Shown here: positions 48,941-60,958 of the stretch, in pieces
How the letters are laid out: every line of letters starts with the position of its first letter
Numbering within the stretch: position 1 is the first letter of the stretch
NCBI GenBank assembly: GCA_916438405.1
Contig: CAKAFB010000001.1
Span: forward strand, 294,223 to 358,222
Length of the DNA stretch: 64,000 nucleotides
DNA from: Streptococcus cristatus
GTDB taxonomy: Bacteria; Bacillota; Bacilli; Lactobacillales; Streptococcaceae
Direction: 5' to 3'
Made by a program: the position numbers and the translations under genes
Notes under the pieces: generated by a model
Seen by the model: the letters and a program-made list of their open reading frames with translations, nothing else
Database searches by the model: none
What the model was told of the DNA's origin: nothing

Positions 48941-50836
48941 ATGATTATTTTACAAGCAAACAAGATTGAACGCTCTTTTGCAGGGGAGCTACTTTTTGAT
49001 AATATCAACCTGCAGGTGGATGAGAGTGACCGGATTGCCCTCGTCGGTAAAAATGGAGCTGGCAAGTCAACCCTGCTCAAGATTTTGGTGGGCGAGGAAG
49101 AGCCGACGTTTGGTCAGATCAATAAAAAACGAGACCTGTCTCTGTCCTATCTGGCTCAGGACAGCCGCTTTGAGTCGGAGAATACAATCTACGATGAGAT
49201 GCTGCTGGTCTTTGATAGCCTGCGTCAACAAGAGAAGCGCTTACGGCAGATGGAGCTACAAATGGGAGAATTGTCAGGGGAAGACCTGACGGCTCTCATG
49301 ACCCAGTATGACCAGTTGTCAGAGGACTTTCGCCAGAAAGGTGGTTTTACCTACGAGGCCGATATTCGAGCGATTTTAAATGGTTTCAAGTTTGACCAGT
49401 CCATGTGGCAGATGAAGATTTCTGAGTTGTCGGGCGGGCAGAATACCCGTCTGGCTCTGGCCAAGATGCTTTTGGAAAAACCAGAGTTGCTTGTCCTGGA
49501 CGAGCCGACCAACCACTTGGATATCGAGACCATTGCCTGGCTGGAAAATTATTTGGTAAATTATAAAGGCGCCCTCATCATTGTCAGCCACGACCGCTAT
49601 TTCCTAGACAAGGTTGCGACCATCACGCTGGACTTGACCAAGCATTCCTTGGATCGCTATGTGGGTAATTACTCTAGCTTTGTGGTCCAAAAGGAGCAGA
49701 AGCTAGCCACTGAAGCCAAGAACTACGAAAAGCAACAGAAAGAAATCGCTGCGCTGGAGGACTTTGTCAATCGCAATCTGGTTCGAGCTTCTACAACCAA
49801 GCGGGCTCAGTCCCGTCGTAAGCAGCTGGAAAAGATGGAGCGTTTGGACAGGCCGGAGACCGGCAGCCGCTCGGCTAATATGACTTTCAAATCCGATAAG
49901 GTTTCGGGCAATGTTGTGCTGACCTTGGAAGACGCAGCCATTGGCTATGGCGAGGAAGTTCTGTCGGAGCCGATTAATCTTGATATTCGCAAGTTCAATG
50001 CAGTAGCTATTGTCGGACCAAATGGGATTGGAAAGACGACCTTGATAAAATCACTAATCGGTCAAGTGCCCTTCATCAGAGGTAAGGAGCAGCTGGGGGC
50101 TAATGTGGAAGTGGGCTACTATGACCAAACTCAGAGTAAACTGACTCCCAGCAATACGGTACTTGACGAGCTATGGAATGACTTCAAACTGACGCCAGAG
50201 GTCGAGATTCGCAATCGCTTAGGCGCTTTCCTCTTCTCGGGAGACGATGTCAAGAAGTCTGTCGGTATGCTATCGGGTGGAGAGCGGGCACGGCTGCTTC
50301 TAGCCAAGCTGTCTATGGAAAACAACAACTTCCTCATCCTAGACGAGCCGACCAACCACCTGGACATTGACAGCAAGGAAGTGCTAGAAAATGCCCTAAT
50401 TGACTTTGACGGCACCCTGCTCTTTGTCAGCCATGACCGCTACTTTATCAATCGCGTAGCCACCCAGATCATCGAGCTCTCTGAGACAGGCTCCACCCTT
50501 TATCTTGGTGATTATGACTACTATCTGGAGAAAAAGGCAGAGCAGGAAGCCTTGCGTGAGGAGACGGAGCAGGTCGATTCTGATAAGCCATCATCTACCA
50601 ATGACTATCAGCTCCAAAAGGAAAACCAGAAAGAACAGCGCCGGCTGGCCCGCCGCTTAGAGCAATTGGAAGCGCAAATCGAGGACTTGGACAGTCAGAT
50701 CAGTCAGCTTCAGGAAGCCATGCAGGCCACTAATGACGCCGGCGAACTCATGGAGAGCCAGCAGCAAATCGACCAGTTGACCGCCGCTCAAGAAGAAGCC
50801 ATGCTAGAATGGGAAGAACTAGCGGAGAAGGTGTAG
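48941..50836 (+). CDS. ABC-F family ATPase (YdiF/Uup-like)
   Basis: Two NBDs (GKNGAGKS, GPNGIGKT, LSGG, LDEPTNHLD), no TM segments, C-terminal coiled coil. Confidence 0.92.
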   Translation: MIILQANKIERSFAGELLFDNINLQVDESDRIALVGKNGAGKSTLLKILVGEEEPTFGQINKKRDLSLSYLAQDSRFESENTIYDEMLLVFDSLRQQEKRLRQMELQMGELSGEDLTALMTQYDQLSEDFRQKGGFTYEADIRAILNGFKFDQSMWQMKISELSGGQNTRLALAKMLLEKPELLVLDEPTNHLDIETIAWLENYLVNYKGALIIVSHDRYFLDKVATITLDLTKHSLDRYVGNYSSFVVQKEQKLATEAKNYEKQQKEIAALEDFVNRNLVRASTTKRAQSRRKQLEKMERLDRPETGSRSANMTFKSDKVSGNVVLTLEDAAIGYGEEVLSEPINLDIRKFNAVAIVGPNGIGKTTLIKSLIGQVPFIRGKEQLGANVEVGYYDQTQSKLTPSNTVLDELWNDFKLTPEVEIRNRLGAFLFSGDDVKKSVGMLSGGERARLLLAKLSMENNNFLILDEPTNHLDIDSKEVLENALIDFDGTLLFVSHDRYFINRVATQIIELSETGSTLYLGDYDYYLEKKAEQEALREETEQVDSDKPSSTNDYQLQKENQKEQRRLARRLEQLEAQIEDLDSQISQLQEAMQATNDAGELMESQQQIDQLTAAQEEAMLEWEELAEKV

Positions 50837-50890
50837 GAAGAAATAGAACAGCTACAGGAATGCCTAGTTTCCTAGAGTTCAAGATACTTA

Positions 50891-51280
50891 ATTTCACATG
50901 TGAAATCAGTCCCAAAAGAATAAAAAGCGAATTTTTACATGTGAAATCTCTGATTCTGTGACAAAAATATAAATCCTTCATGAAGAATTGTTTCCCTGAG
51001 AGTAAAAGACGAACTTTTACATGTGTTCTGAGATTTTTTCGAGGAAAAGAAAGCATTCTTCATGTAATCTAAGTTCTTTTAAAGAAAAGTCAGCCCGTCA
51101 GATTTTCTAAAAAGCTATTTTGGAGCGGAATGACTCTGTCAGAGTTTCGGACGGTTAGTCTGAGAGCGAATCCCGAACTTTCTATTTTCGGACGAGTTCT
51201 TTTTGTGGAATTTGCCTTTTCCGATTTTCGGCCGAGAAGATTTTGACGAAATGAGGCTCGTCCGAAAGTAGAATCCGAAC
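50891..51280. repeat. Degenerate tandem array of palindromic motifs with about 41-bp period
   Basis: CATG cores at 50897, 50938, 50979, 51020, 51061; second motif family at 51096, 51137, 51178, 51218, 51259. Confidence 0.65.
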
Positions 51281-51357
51281 AAGGGGCGGTGAAGGTAATT
51301 TTGAAAGAGCGACTAGGGAAGCGAAATAGCAATTAAAGGAATTTGAGTGGTAAACAA

Positions 51358-52221
51358 ATGGAAGATTTAGGCAACGTTTTTCGTGATTTTCGTTTAAATG
51401 GACATTATTCATTGAAGGAAGCGGCGGGTCAGGTTTGCTCGACTTCTCAGCTGTCTCGTTTTGAGCTGGGTGAGTCGGACATGACTCTCTCGAAATTTTT
51501 AGATCTCTTGGATAATATTCATGTGACTCTTGAGAATTTTATGGACAAGGCCCGGAATTTCCAGCAGCATGAGCACGTGGCCATGATGGGTAAGATTATC
51601 CCTCTTTACTACTCAAATGACATCAAGGGATTTCAAGACTTGCAAGCGGAGCAGTTGGAAAAGGCCAAGGCCAGCAGTGCGCCTCTTTACTATGAGCTGA
51701 ATTGGATTTTGATGCAGGGCTTGATTTGTCAGCGAGACAGCCAGTTTCGCATGAGGCAAGAGGATTTAGATAAGGTGGCTGATTATCTTTTCCAAGTGGA
51801 AGACTGGACTATGTATGAGCTTATCCTCTTTGGCAATCTCTATAGCTTTTATGATGTGGACTATGTCTACCGTCTGGGCAAGGAAGTCATGAAGCGGGAG
51901 GACTATTACAAAGAAATCAGTCGCCATAAGAGACTAGTCTTGATTCTAGCGCTCAATTGCTACCAGCACTGTTTGGAAAGTCGTTCTTTTGATAAGGCTA
52001 GTTATTTTGAGGCTTACGTAGAGAAAATCATTGGCAAGGGCATTAAACTCTATGAACGCAATGTATTCCTCTATCTCAAGGGTTTTGCGGCTTATCAGAA
52101 GGGGCAGAAGAAGCAGGGAATCAAGCAAATGCAGGAAGCCATGCACATCTTTGAAGTGCTGGAACTACCTGAGCAAGTCGCTTATTATCAAGAACATTTT
52201 GATAAGTTTGTGAAAGTATAA
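51358..52221 (+). CDS. Rgg/GadR/MutR-family transcriptional regulator
   Basis: HTH SLKEAAG..STSQLSRFELGESD; YLFQVEDWTMYELILFGN. Confidence 0.92.
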   Translation: MEDLGNVFRDFRLNGHYSLKEAAGQVCSTSQLSRFELGESDMTLSKFLDLLDNIHVTLENFMDKARNFQQHEHVAMMGKIIPLYYSNDIKGFQDLQAEQLEKAKASSAPLYYELNWILMQGLICQRDSQFRMRQEDLDKVADYLFQVEDWTMYELILFGNLYSFYDVDYVYRLGKEVMKREDYYKEISRHKRLVLILALNCYQHCLESRSFDKASYFEAYVEKIIGKGIKLYERNVFLYLKGFAAYQKGQKKQGIKQMQEAMHIFEVLELPEQVAYYQEHFDKFVKV

Positions 52222-52299
52222 TTTCCCGAATATGGGAAAAATAAAGAACCTCCCTCCATTCCTGATACAATAGTTTCAGAAATGGAAGGAGGTATTTTT

Positions 52300-53480
52300 A
52301 TGAATCGACAGGCAGCACAGCTGATTACACGGGCTGCTATTAATAAAATTGGGAATATGCTTATGACTATGGAAATAGCATCTGGCTTGCTTCTTTGGGA
52401 GCTCTGGGACAGACGGTCTTGGGCATTTACCAGATATCAGAGCTAGTCACTTCTATCTTATTCAATCCTTTTGGGGGAGCCATTACGGACCGCTTTTCCA
52501 GACGTAAGGTTCTGATGGTAGCTGACTTGATTTGTGCTGGTCTTTGTCTACTGATTTCCTTTATTTCTAATGACCAGCTCATGATTGGAGCGCTGATTTT
52601 TGCCAATGTAGTTCAGGCTATAGCCTTTGCTTTTTCTCGGCCAGCTAATAAATCCTACATTACAGAGATTGTAGACAAGGAAGACATCGTGGCCTACAAT
52701 TCTCATCTGGAATTGGCCTTGCAGGTTATCAGTGTCTCAGCTCCAGTTTTGTCTTTTATTGTGATGCAGTATGCAAATCTGCGCGTGACTCTTCAGCTGG
52801 ATGCTCTTAGCTTCTTTCTGGCTTTTGCCTTGGTTTACTTTCTGCCTAATCATGAGCCAAGCAAGCAGAAGTCTCCCATCAATCTTGGCAATATCCTGAG
52901 AGATATCAAGGAAGGTTTAGTTTATATCCGTCAGCAAAAAGAAATTTTCTTTCTGCTCTTGGTAGCATCTGCAGTAAACTTCTTCTTTGCGGCCTTTAAT
53001 TACCTATTGCCTTTTACCAATCAGCTTTACGGTAAGACCGGCTCTTATGCGACCATTCTGAGTTTGGGTGCGATAGGCTCAATCATTGGAGCTATTCTAG
53101 CCAGCAAGGTTAAGGCCAGTATGGGAAATTTACTTGTAGCCCTGCTATTGACGGGTGTTGGAGTCGCAGTCATGGGCATCTCTACCTTGCTACAAGTTCA
53201 TCCATATTTCTCCTATTCTGGTAATCTAATCTGCGAGCTCTTTATGACTGTGTTCAACATTCATTTCTTCAGTCAGGTTCAGACCAAGGTGGACAAGCAG
53301 TATCTAGGCCGCGTTTTCTCAACGATCTACACGCTGGCAATTCTTTTCATGCCTCCTGCGACTTTTCTGATGACGCTGCTGCCGAGTGTCCGCACCCTTT
53401 CCTTTCTTCTGATTGGTTTCGGAGTGATAGGATTGGCTTTGATTTCCTACCTTTATCAAAAGAGAATAGAAACAAACTAG
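52300..53480 (+). CDS. MFS efflux transporter (frameshift near 52362)
   Basis: GGAGG RBS; motif A GAITDRFSRRK; YLGRVFS; many TM segments. Confidence 0.88.
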
Positions 53481-53736
53481 GTTGGGGAGATTTCCAACCT
53501 AGTTTAATGTTTTGTCTTGCAAATCTTCAGCTGAGAATTTTTAGATTCATTACCAGCCTAATTTGGCTTAGAATTTTATTTCCAATCTACCAGCTCAAAT
53601 CGGCTGAAAGATCAGGAGTGCTGGAAATTTGAATAGCTGGTAGAAAAAATTTTTCCATTGGAATGTGCATATAATCATTGTTCCTTGCTAGTAAAAGTAG
53701 TATGATGAAGTATAAGCAAAATTAATGGAGTAAGGA

Positions 53737-54141
53737 ATGAAAGATTTTCATTTTGATGCGATTTCAGCATTTGAAAACTATAAAATTGAGGAGGCCAAAG
53801 ATGGCCATGTTTTAGTAACCACAGAGGTCGTCCCCTCTTCTCTGAACTATTATGGCAATGCACATGGAGGCTACTTGTTTACCTTGTGCGATCAGATAAG
53901 TGGTTTGGTTGTCATTTCACAAGGAGCTGACGCTGTGACCTTGCAATCTTCCATCAATTATCTAAAAGCGGCCAAACTAGGCGATACTCTGAGCATTGAG
54001 GGGAACTGTGTCCATGCCGGCCGGACGACTAGAGTGGTGGATGTGGATATTGTCAATCAAGATGGGAAGAATGTCTGCAAGGGGACCTTTACCATGTTTG
54101 TCACTGGCGAAAGGGGCGAAAATGCGCAAGTTAGAATATAA
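53737..54141 (+). CDS. PaaI-family thioesterase
   Basis: NYYGNAHGGYLFTLCD hot-dog motif. Confidence 0.88.
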   Translation: MKDFHFDAISAFENYKIEEAKDGHVLVTTEVVPSSLNYYGNAHGGYLFTLCDQISGLVVISQGADAVTLQSSINYLKAAKLGDTLSIEGNCVHAGRTTRVVDVDIVNQDGKNVCKGTFTMFVTGERGENAQVRI

Positions 54142-54883
54142 GCATTATCTTTTCGACTTTTATGGAACCCTGGTGGATATCAGGACTGACGAAGATGATC
54201 CGGCTTTATGGTTGTATCTTTCCCGCATCTATGCAGCATATGGAGCAGATTATCAGCCAGAAGACTTGAAAAAGAAATATGGACAATTGGTAGTAGAGCA
54301 GGAAAATAAGATAGCTCAAGAGAAAGGCCTTGCCTATCCAGAGGTTGATTTGGTAGCGATTTTCATTCAGCTTTTGCAGGAAGTTCCAACTAAGCATGAA
54401 ACCCAGATTCCGCTTCGTGATTTGCAGGCTTGGGGAGAGCAGTTGGCCGTAACGTTTCGGAGTTTGTCCCGTCGTCAGCTCCATGCCTATCCCAATACCC
54501 TGAAAGTTTTAAAGGCCATTAAGGACCAAGGAGGCGATGTTATTTTGCTCTCTAATGCTCAAAAGGCTTTTACAATGCCAGAAATTGAATTGACGGGTTG
54601 TTCCGATTATCTGGACAAAGTTTATATTTCTTCGAATTATCAGATCAAAAAACCACAAGCAGAATGGTTGGAGCTTGTGTTGGAAGAGAATCAGCTTAAT
54701 CCAGAAGATACGGTTATGGTTGGCAATGATTTTTCTACAGATATGGCTATTGCTGAAGCTGTTGGGATTGATGGCATTTTGCTGAACACTTTCCCATACT
54801 CAGCTGCAGAGATAAACAGGCTCAATAAAATGCAGGCCAGAGTCATTACAGATATAGAAGAACTGCTGGAAAATAGGCGGTAA
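54122..54883 (+). CDS. HAD-superfamily hydrolase
   Basis: FDFYGTLVD, LSN, KP, VGNDFSTD. Confidence 0.85.
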   Translation: MRKLEYKHYLFDFYGTLVDIRTDEDDPALWLYLSRIYAAYGADYQPEDLKKKYGQLVVEQENKIAQEKGLAYPEVDLVAIFIQLLQEVPTKHETQIPLRDLQAWGEQLAVTFRSLSRRQLHAYPNTLKVLKAIKDQGGDVILLSNAQKAFTMPEIELTGCSDYLDKVYISSNYQIKKPQAEWLELVLEENQLNPEDTVMVGNDFSTDMAIAEAVGIDGILLNTFPYSAAEINRLNKMQARVITDIEELLENRR

Positions 54884-54909
54884 AGGATGTCGCAAGGTCT
54901 TTGAATGGT

Positions 54910-54975
54910 TTATTCACAGCCAAAACTGTGGATAACTCCTGGAAACATTACGATTTGATGAAAAATTGTGGATAA
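54910..54975. promoter_or_regulatory. Three DnaA-box matches upstream of tpiA
   Basis: TTATTCACA at 54910; TGTGGATAA at 54927 and 54967. Confidence 0.6.
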
Positions 54976-55041
54976 CCTTTATTAATTTGCTTACTTATGA
55001 TATAATAGCCCATATAAATAAAAATAGAAGAGGTATGTGAA

Positions 55042-55799
<758 letters not shown>

Positions 55800-55863
55800 G
55801 AATAACAATAAATGGCTTGTTGCCCTAAAGGTGGCAAGCTTTTTAAAAGTTTGGAGAAAAAAG

Positions 55864-58800
55864 GTGAAATCAAAGGAACTTATCTATTTAGCCAGCACTG
55901 CCATATTGCTAGCAGCAACGGCTAACGTGGTACAGGCAGAAGAAAATACTCCGACAACCACAGACCCTGAAGTAGCTAAGGCAGAACTTCAAGTAGAAAA
56001 GGATCATCAACCTCAGCAGGTATCCTTACCAGAAGCGGTATCCACAGATCGTCAAGTCAAACAAGAAAGCTCGGCCGAAAAATCTGAAGCTAGTACAGTA
56101 TACAAGGCACCAGAAAATCTGGCACCTGCTGCTAGTCTGGTCAAGGAGAATGTACCAGAAAAGAAAGCAAGTGAACAAGCAAAGGCAGCTGCTTCTGAAG
56201 AGATTCAGAATCCAATAAAGGCTGAGCAGACTTCCTCAGCGATCAGCGCCAGTCCTGCATCTAAAAAAGGCAGCACTTCTTTTTATAATGCGGCTTCTTC
56301 ATCTGGACAAACAGCGCGTGGCAATTCACAAGCAGAAATCAAGGGCTCTACCTTTGTGGATGTGAGTAGTCATAACGGCCATATCAGCGTAGAAGACTAT
56401 CGCCAATTAGCATCCAAAGGTGTTGGCGGTGTCGTTGTCAAACTGACAGAGGGAATCCACTATACTAATCCTTATGCTGAGTCTCAGGTTCGAAATGCGC
56501 AAGCAGCTGGTTTGCAAGTATCAACTATGCCTTCTCGCATTATACAAGTGATGCAGAGGCGAGAGCAGAGGCCCGTTACTATGCTGCTTTTGCTAATAAA
56601 CTGTCCTTGCCTAACAATACAGTCATGGTCAATGACATGGAAGACCCTAAAATGCAAACGGGGATTAACCAGCATACTCAGGCTTGGGCAGATGAAATGC
56701 GCAAGCAGGGATATGCAAATCTGATGTATTACACGAGTGCTAGCTGGGTTGACCAGAACAACCTACGCCACAAAGGTTCAATCAATACATCCCTTTTTGG
56801 CCTTGATAATTTTTGGATTGCTCAGTATCCAGCACCGAAGCTAAGTGCAAATGATGCTAAAAATTTGAAGTACAATAGCAGAGCAGGAGCTTGGCAATTT
56901 ACTTCTCAAGCGCAGCTGCTTTCTGGTAAGCATGTTTTCGATCAAAGTATTGACTACTCTGGTAGATTTACAGCTATAGCTACTTTGGTTAAACAACCGC
57001 TGACAGGTAAGATTAGTATTCAAAATAATAATCCAAAAACTGGCACATTTGATGTCGTTGTTTCCGAAGTTTCCGCACCATATGGAGTTCAGGAAGTTAA
57101 ACTTCCGACTTGGTCCAGTGAGCGTGGGCAAGATGATATTGTTTGGTACACTGCAACGAAGCAAGCCAACGGAACTTATAAGCTGACAGTTAATGCTGCC
57201 AATCATAAAGGTTCTACGGGCGAATACAATGTTCATTTGTATTACGTTCAAGGTGACGGCAAGTTAGTCGGAGTCGGTGGTACAACGACTAAGGTTTCAG
57301 TTGCTAAACCAGAAGGCAAGCTGACTATTGCCAACAACAATCCTAAGACCGGTACATTCGATGTGATCGTGTCCGAGGTTTCTAGCCCGCAAGGCGTTCG
57401 TGAAGTACTGCTTCCGACTTGGTCCAATGATCAAGGTCAGGATGATATCATCTGGCACAAGGCACAGAAACAGTCAGACGGTACATATAAATTCACCGTC
57501 CGTTCTAGCGAGCATAAGAATTCCGTTGGTGACTACAGTGTCCACTTGTACTATATCCAAAACGACGGCAAGTTGGTCGGCGTCGGTGGTACAACGACTA
57601 AGGTTAGTCTTGCTTCCGTTGCTAAACCAGAAGGCAAGCTGACTATTGCCAACAACAATCCCAAGACGGGTACATTCGATGTGATCGTGTCTGAGGTTTC
57701 TAGTCCACAAGACGTTCGTGAAGTCTTGCTTCCAACTTGGTCGCATGAACAGGGACAAGATGACATCATCTGGCACAAGGCACAAAGACAGTCAGACGGT
57801 ACATATAAATTCACCGTCCGTTCTAGCGAGCACAAAAATTCTGTCGGTGATTACAGTGTCCACTTGTACTATATTCAAAATGACGGCAAGTTGGTTGGCG
57901 TTGGTGGTACAATGACTAAGGTTTCAGTTGCTAAGCCAGAAGGCAAGCTGACTATTGCCAACAACAATCCCAAGACGGGTACATTCGATGTGATCGTGTC
58001 CGAGGTTTCTAGCCCACAAGGGGTTCGTGAAGTCTTGCTTCCAACTTGGTCAAACGAGAATGGTCAGGATGACATCATCTGGCACAAGGCTCAAAGACAG
58101 TCAGACGGTACATATAAATTCACTGTTCGTGCTAGCGAGCACAAAAACTCTGTTGGTGACTACAGTGTCCACTTGTACTATATCCAAAACGACGGCAAGA
58201 TGGTCGGCGTCGGTGGCACAACAACTAAGGTGTCCGTTGCGAAGCCAGAAGGCAAGCTGACTATTGCCAACAACAATCCCAAGACGGGTACATTCGATGT
58301 GATCGTGTCCGAGGTTTCTAGCCCACAAGGGGTTCGTGAAGTCTTGCTTCCAACTTGGTCAAATGAGAATGATCAGGATGATATTATCTGGCACAAGGCA
58401 CAGAAACAGTCAGACGGTACATATAAATTCACTGTTCGTGCTAGTGAGCATAAGAACTCTGTCGGCGACTACAGTGTCCACTTGTACTATGTCCAAAATG
58501 ACGGTAAGTTAGTCGGTGTCGGTGGTACAATGACTAAGGTTTCAGTTGCTAAGCCAGAAGGCAAGCTGACTATTGCCAACAACAATCCCAAGACGGGTAC
58601 ATTCGATGTGATCGTGTCCGAGGTTTCTAGCCCACAAGGGGTTCGTGAAGTCTTGCTTCCAACTTGGTCAAATGAGAATGATCAGGATGATATTATCTGG
58701 CACAAGGCTCAAAGACAGTCAGACGGTACATATAAATTTACCGTCCGTGCTAGCGAGCACAAGAATTCTGTCGGCGACTACAGTGTCCACTTGTACTATG

Positions 58801-59677
58801 TCCAAAACGACGGTAAGATGGTCGGTGTCGGTGGCACAACAACTAAGGTTTCCATTGCGGCAGGGGAGAAACCACAGGGAAAAATCAGTATCCAAAATAA
58901 AAACAATGAAACTGGTGAATTTGATATCGTCGTTTCTGGTGTTGTAGCTCCAGAAGGTGTCAAAACTGTCTATTTGCCAACTTGGTCCAGTCAAAATGGA
59001 CAAGATGATATTCAATGGTATACGGCGGAACGCCAAGCTGATGGCACTTATCGTAAGCATGTATATGCGCGTGACCATAAGAATAATGCAGGCGAATACA
59101 ATGTTCACTTGTATTACTTAAATAATCAAAATCAGCTGCAAGGAGCTGGCGGAGAGAAGACCACGATTTCTATTAAGCATCCTCAAGCGTCTAGCAGTCA
59201 GCGTGATCGTGTTCTTGCAGCAGCAGCAGCGATGGTTGGCGTCAAGGGAGGCAGTGCCGAGCACCACCGTCTGGTCAATGATTATAATAGCGTTAGACCG
59301 CTGCCAGTTGGTTATGCTGTGAAAAACACAGATGACTGGTGCGACATTTTCACGACGGTTATTTCCAAAGAGAAGGCTTGAGCGATCTTATCGGCCGTGA
59401 GTGTGGTGTAGAGCGCCATATTCATATTTTCCAAAGACTAGGTATCTGGAATGAAGATGGTAATTCGACTCCTAGCGCAGGCGATATCATCACCTTTAAC
59501 TGGGACAAAGATACCCAGCAAAACGATGGCTGGGCTGATCATATCGGTATTGTCGAAAAAGTTGAAAATGGCATCATTCACACGATTGAAGGCAACAGCA
59601 ATAACGTAGTTAAACGCAATACTTACCGCATCGGTCATGGAAATATCCGTGGTTTTGCGACACCGCGTTATAGATAA
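55864..59677 (+). CDS. Secreted peptidoglycan hydrolase: GH25 muramidase + seven Bsp-like repeats + CHAP domain (frameshifts near 56525 and 59360)
   Basis: VDVSSHNG, KLTEG, AWQFTS; repeats PTWS..GQDDI.W; WCD and DHIGIVE..TIEGN. Confidence 0.88.
57303..58856 (+). repeat. Five near-identical coding tandem repeats of about 309 bp
   Basis: Unit starts at 57303, 57621, 57930, 58239, 58548. Confidence 0.95.
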
Positions 59678-59683
59678 ACATAC

Positions 59684-59712
59684 AAAAAAACCAAGGGAAA
59701 CCTTGGTTTTTT
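59684..59712. terminator. Bidirectional terminator between the hydrolase gene and murN
   Basis: AAAAAAACCAAGG-GAAA-CCTTGGTTTTTT. Confidence 0.85.
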
Positions 59713-60944
59713 AACGTCTTAGAATTTTCTTTATGAGCTGAAGCAGCTTAAACTTGAGAGGGTTAGGGTAGTAGCGGAAAGTTCCCATTTCGAACGATGA
59801 AGCCGTTGAAGTTTTGTTTGAAGCGCAGAACACCGTCAGAACCGTCGAAAATTCCCATAATGCCGAGGAAATTATAAAATGGAATGCCTCTCTTGATACT
59901 TTCGGTCATAACGTATTCCTGCAGCAGGGCAGGGGCGTAGAATTTGTTAAACTCAGGATAGGAGCCGCTGAAAAGATAGGTTGCTTCCTGAGGAGTATAG
60001 ATAAAGAGGCTGGCAGCCAGGACTTGGTCTTGGTCGCCGTACTTGTCAATCAGTTCTTGGGCTTCTGCTTTGCGGGTTTCAAAGCTATCAAACTGGCTGG
60101 AAAGTTCTCGCAGCTGATTTTGTTTCTTTTCAGATTGAGGATTTTTTTCCAAGTCAGCCTGCAGTTTCTGGATTTTTTGGCCCAGTTTCTCTTGGTCTTT
60201 TTGTAAGTTCTGAAGATAGTCCTTGAGGTTGAGACTGGCTGTCATAAAGTCCGCCTGCTGACCAAAGCTATCATAAAAATCTTGATAGTAGTCTAGTGGC
60301 TTGTCATCATATTCCCGCCGGTCAGAAGTAGCAGCTGTGATGTCTTTGAAAACGCTGAGTTGGTCACGTTCTAGCCTTTTTAGCTTGATGCCAAAGGTAT
60401 TCGCTTTTTTGACGGTCGCCTTGCCGTTTTTACTGAAGGACTTGAGCAAGTCTTTCTCTGTCAGACCAGCTAAGTTTTTGACATAATGCCAATCAGGCTC
60501 CCCGCCTGGATAGTCTGTCTGTAGGCCGTCAAAGTCAAAGCCCAAATCAGTCAGTTGCTGGATAAGCTCGCCTTTTTCATCAGATGTGGGCTGGCCATTG
60601 CTGTCAAAGGTCTGATAAGTCTCGTAGGGCTTGATGATGAGCTCTAGAGCGCCTTCTTTTTTAGCATAAGCCTGCAAAGCTTGATAGAAGGGAGTCAGGT
60701 ATTTAGCATCGGTAGAGACAGGACCGCAGTTAATTTCCATATGAAGGCCGCCAGTCATAGGCATGCTGTAGAGGACAGCTGACACCACTACCTGTCCCTG
60801 CGGGTCAGTGTAGCCGACATACTGGGTACTGAAGCCACGCTTGCTCAGCAGCTCTGCCATTTCTACGGTCTGCATGAAAGAGCGTTGGGAGCTAGCTGAG
60901 GTATGCTGGATGAATTCTTCTTGGCTGAGAAGTTTAAAGGTCAT
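59711..60944 (-). CDS. murN: FemABX peptidyl transferase MurN (frameshift near 59790)
   Basis: RSFMQTVEM, YNFLGIMG..DGVLRFKQNFNG; second gene of the pair. Confidence 0.88.
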
Positions 60945-60958
60945 AGGCTTCCTTTCTG

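Noticed and set aside
50891..51280. The 41-bp periodic region as a second CRISPR array
   Set aside because: The period is too short, the conserved cores are only about 10-16 bp, and the motif changes midway.
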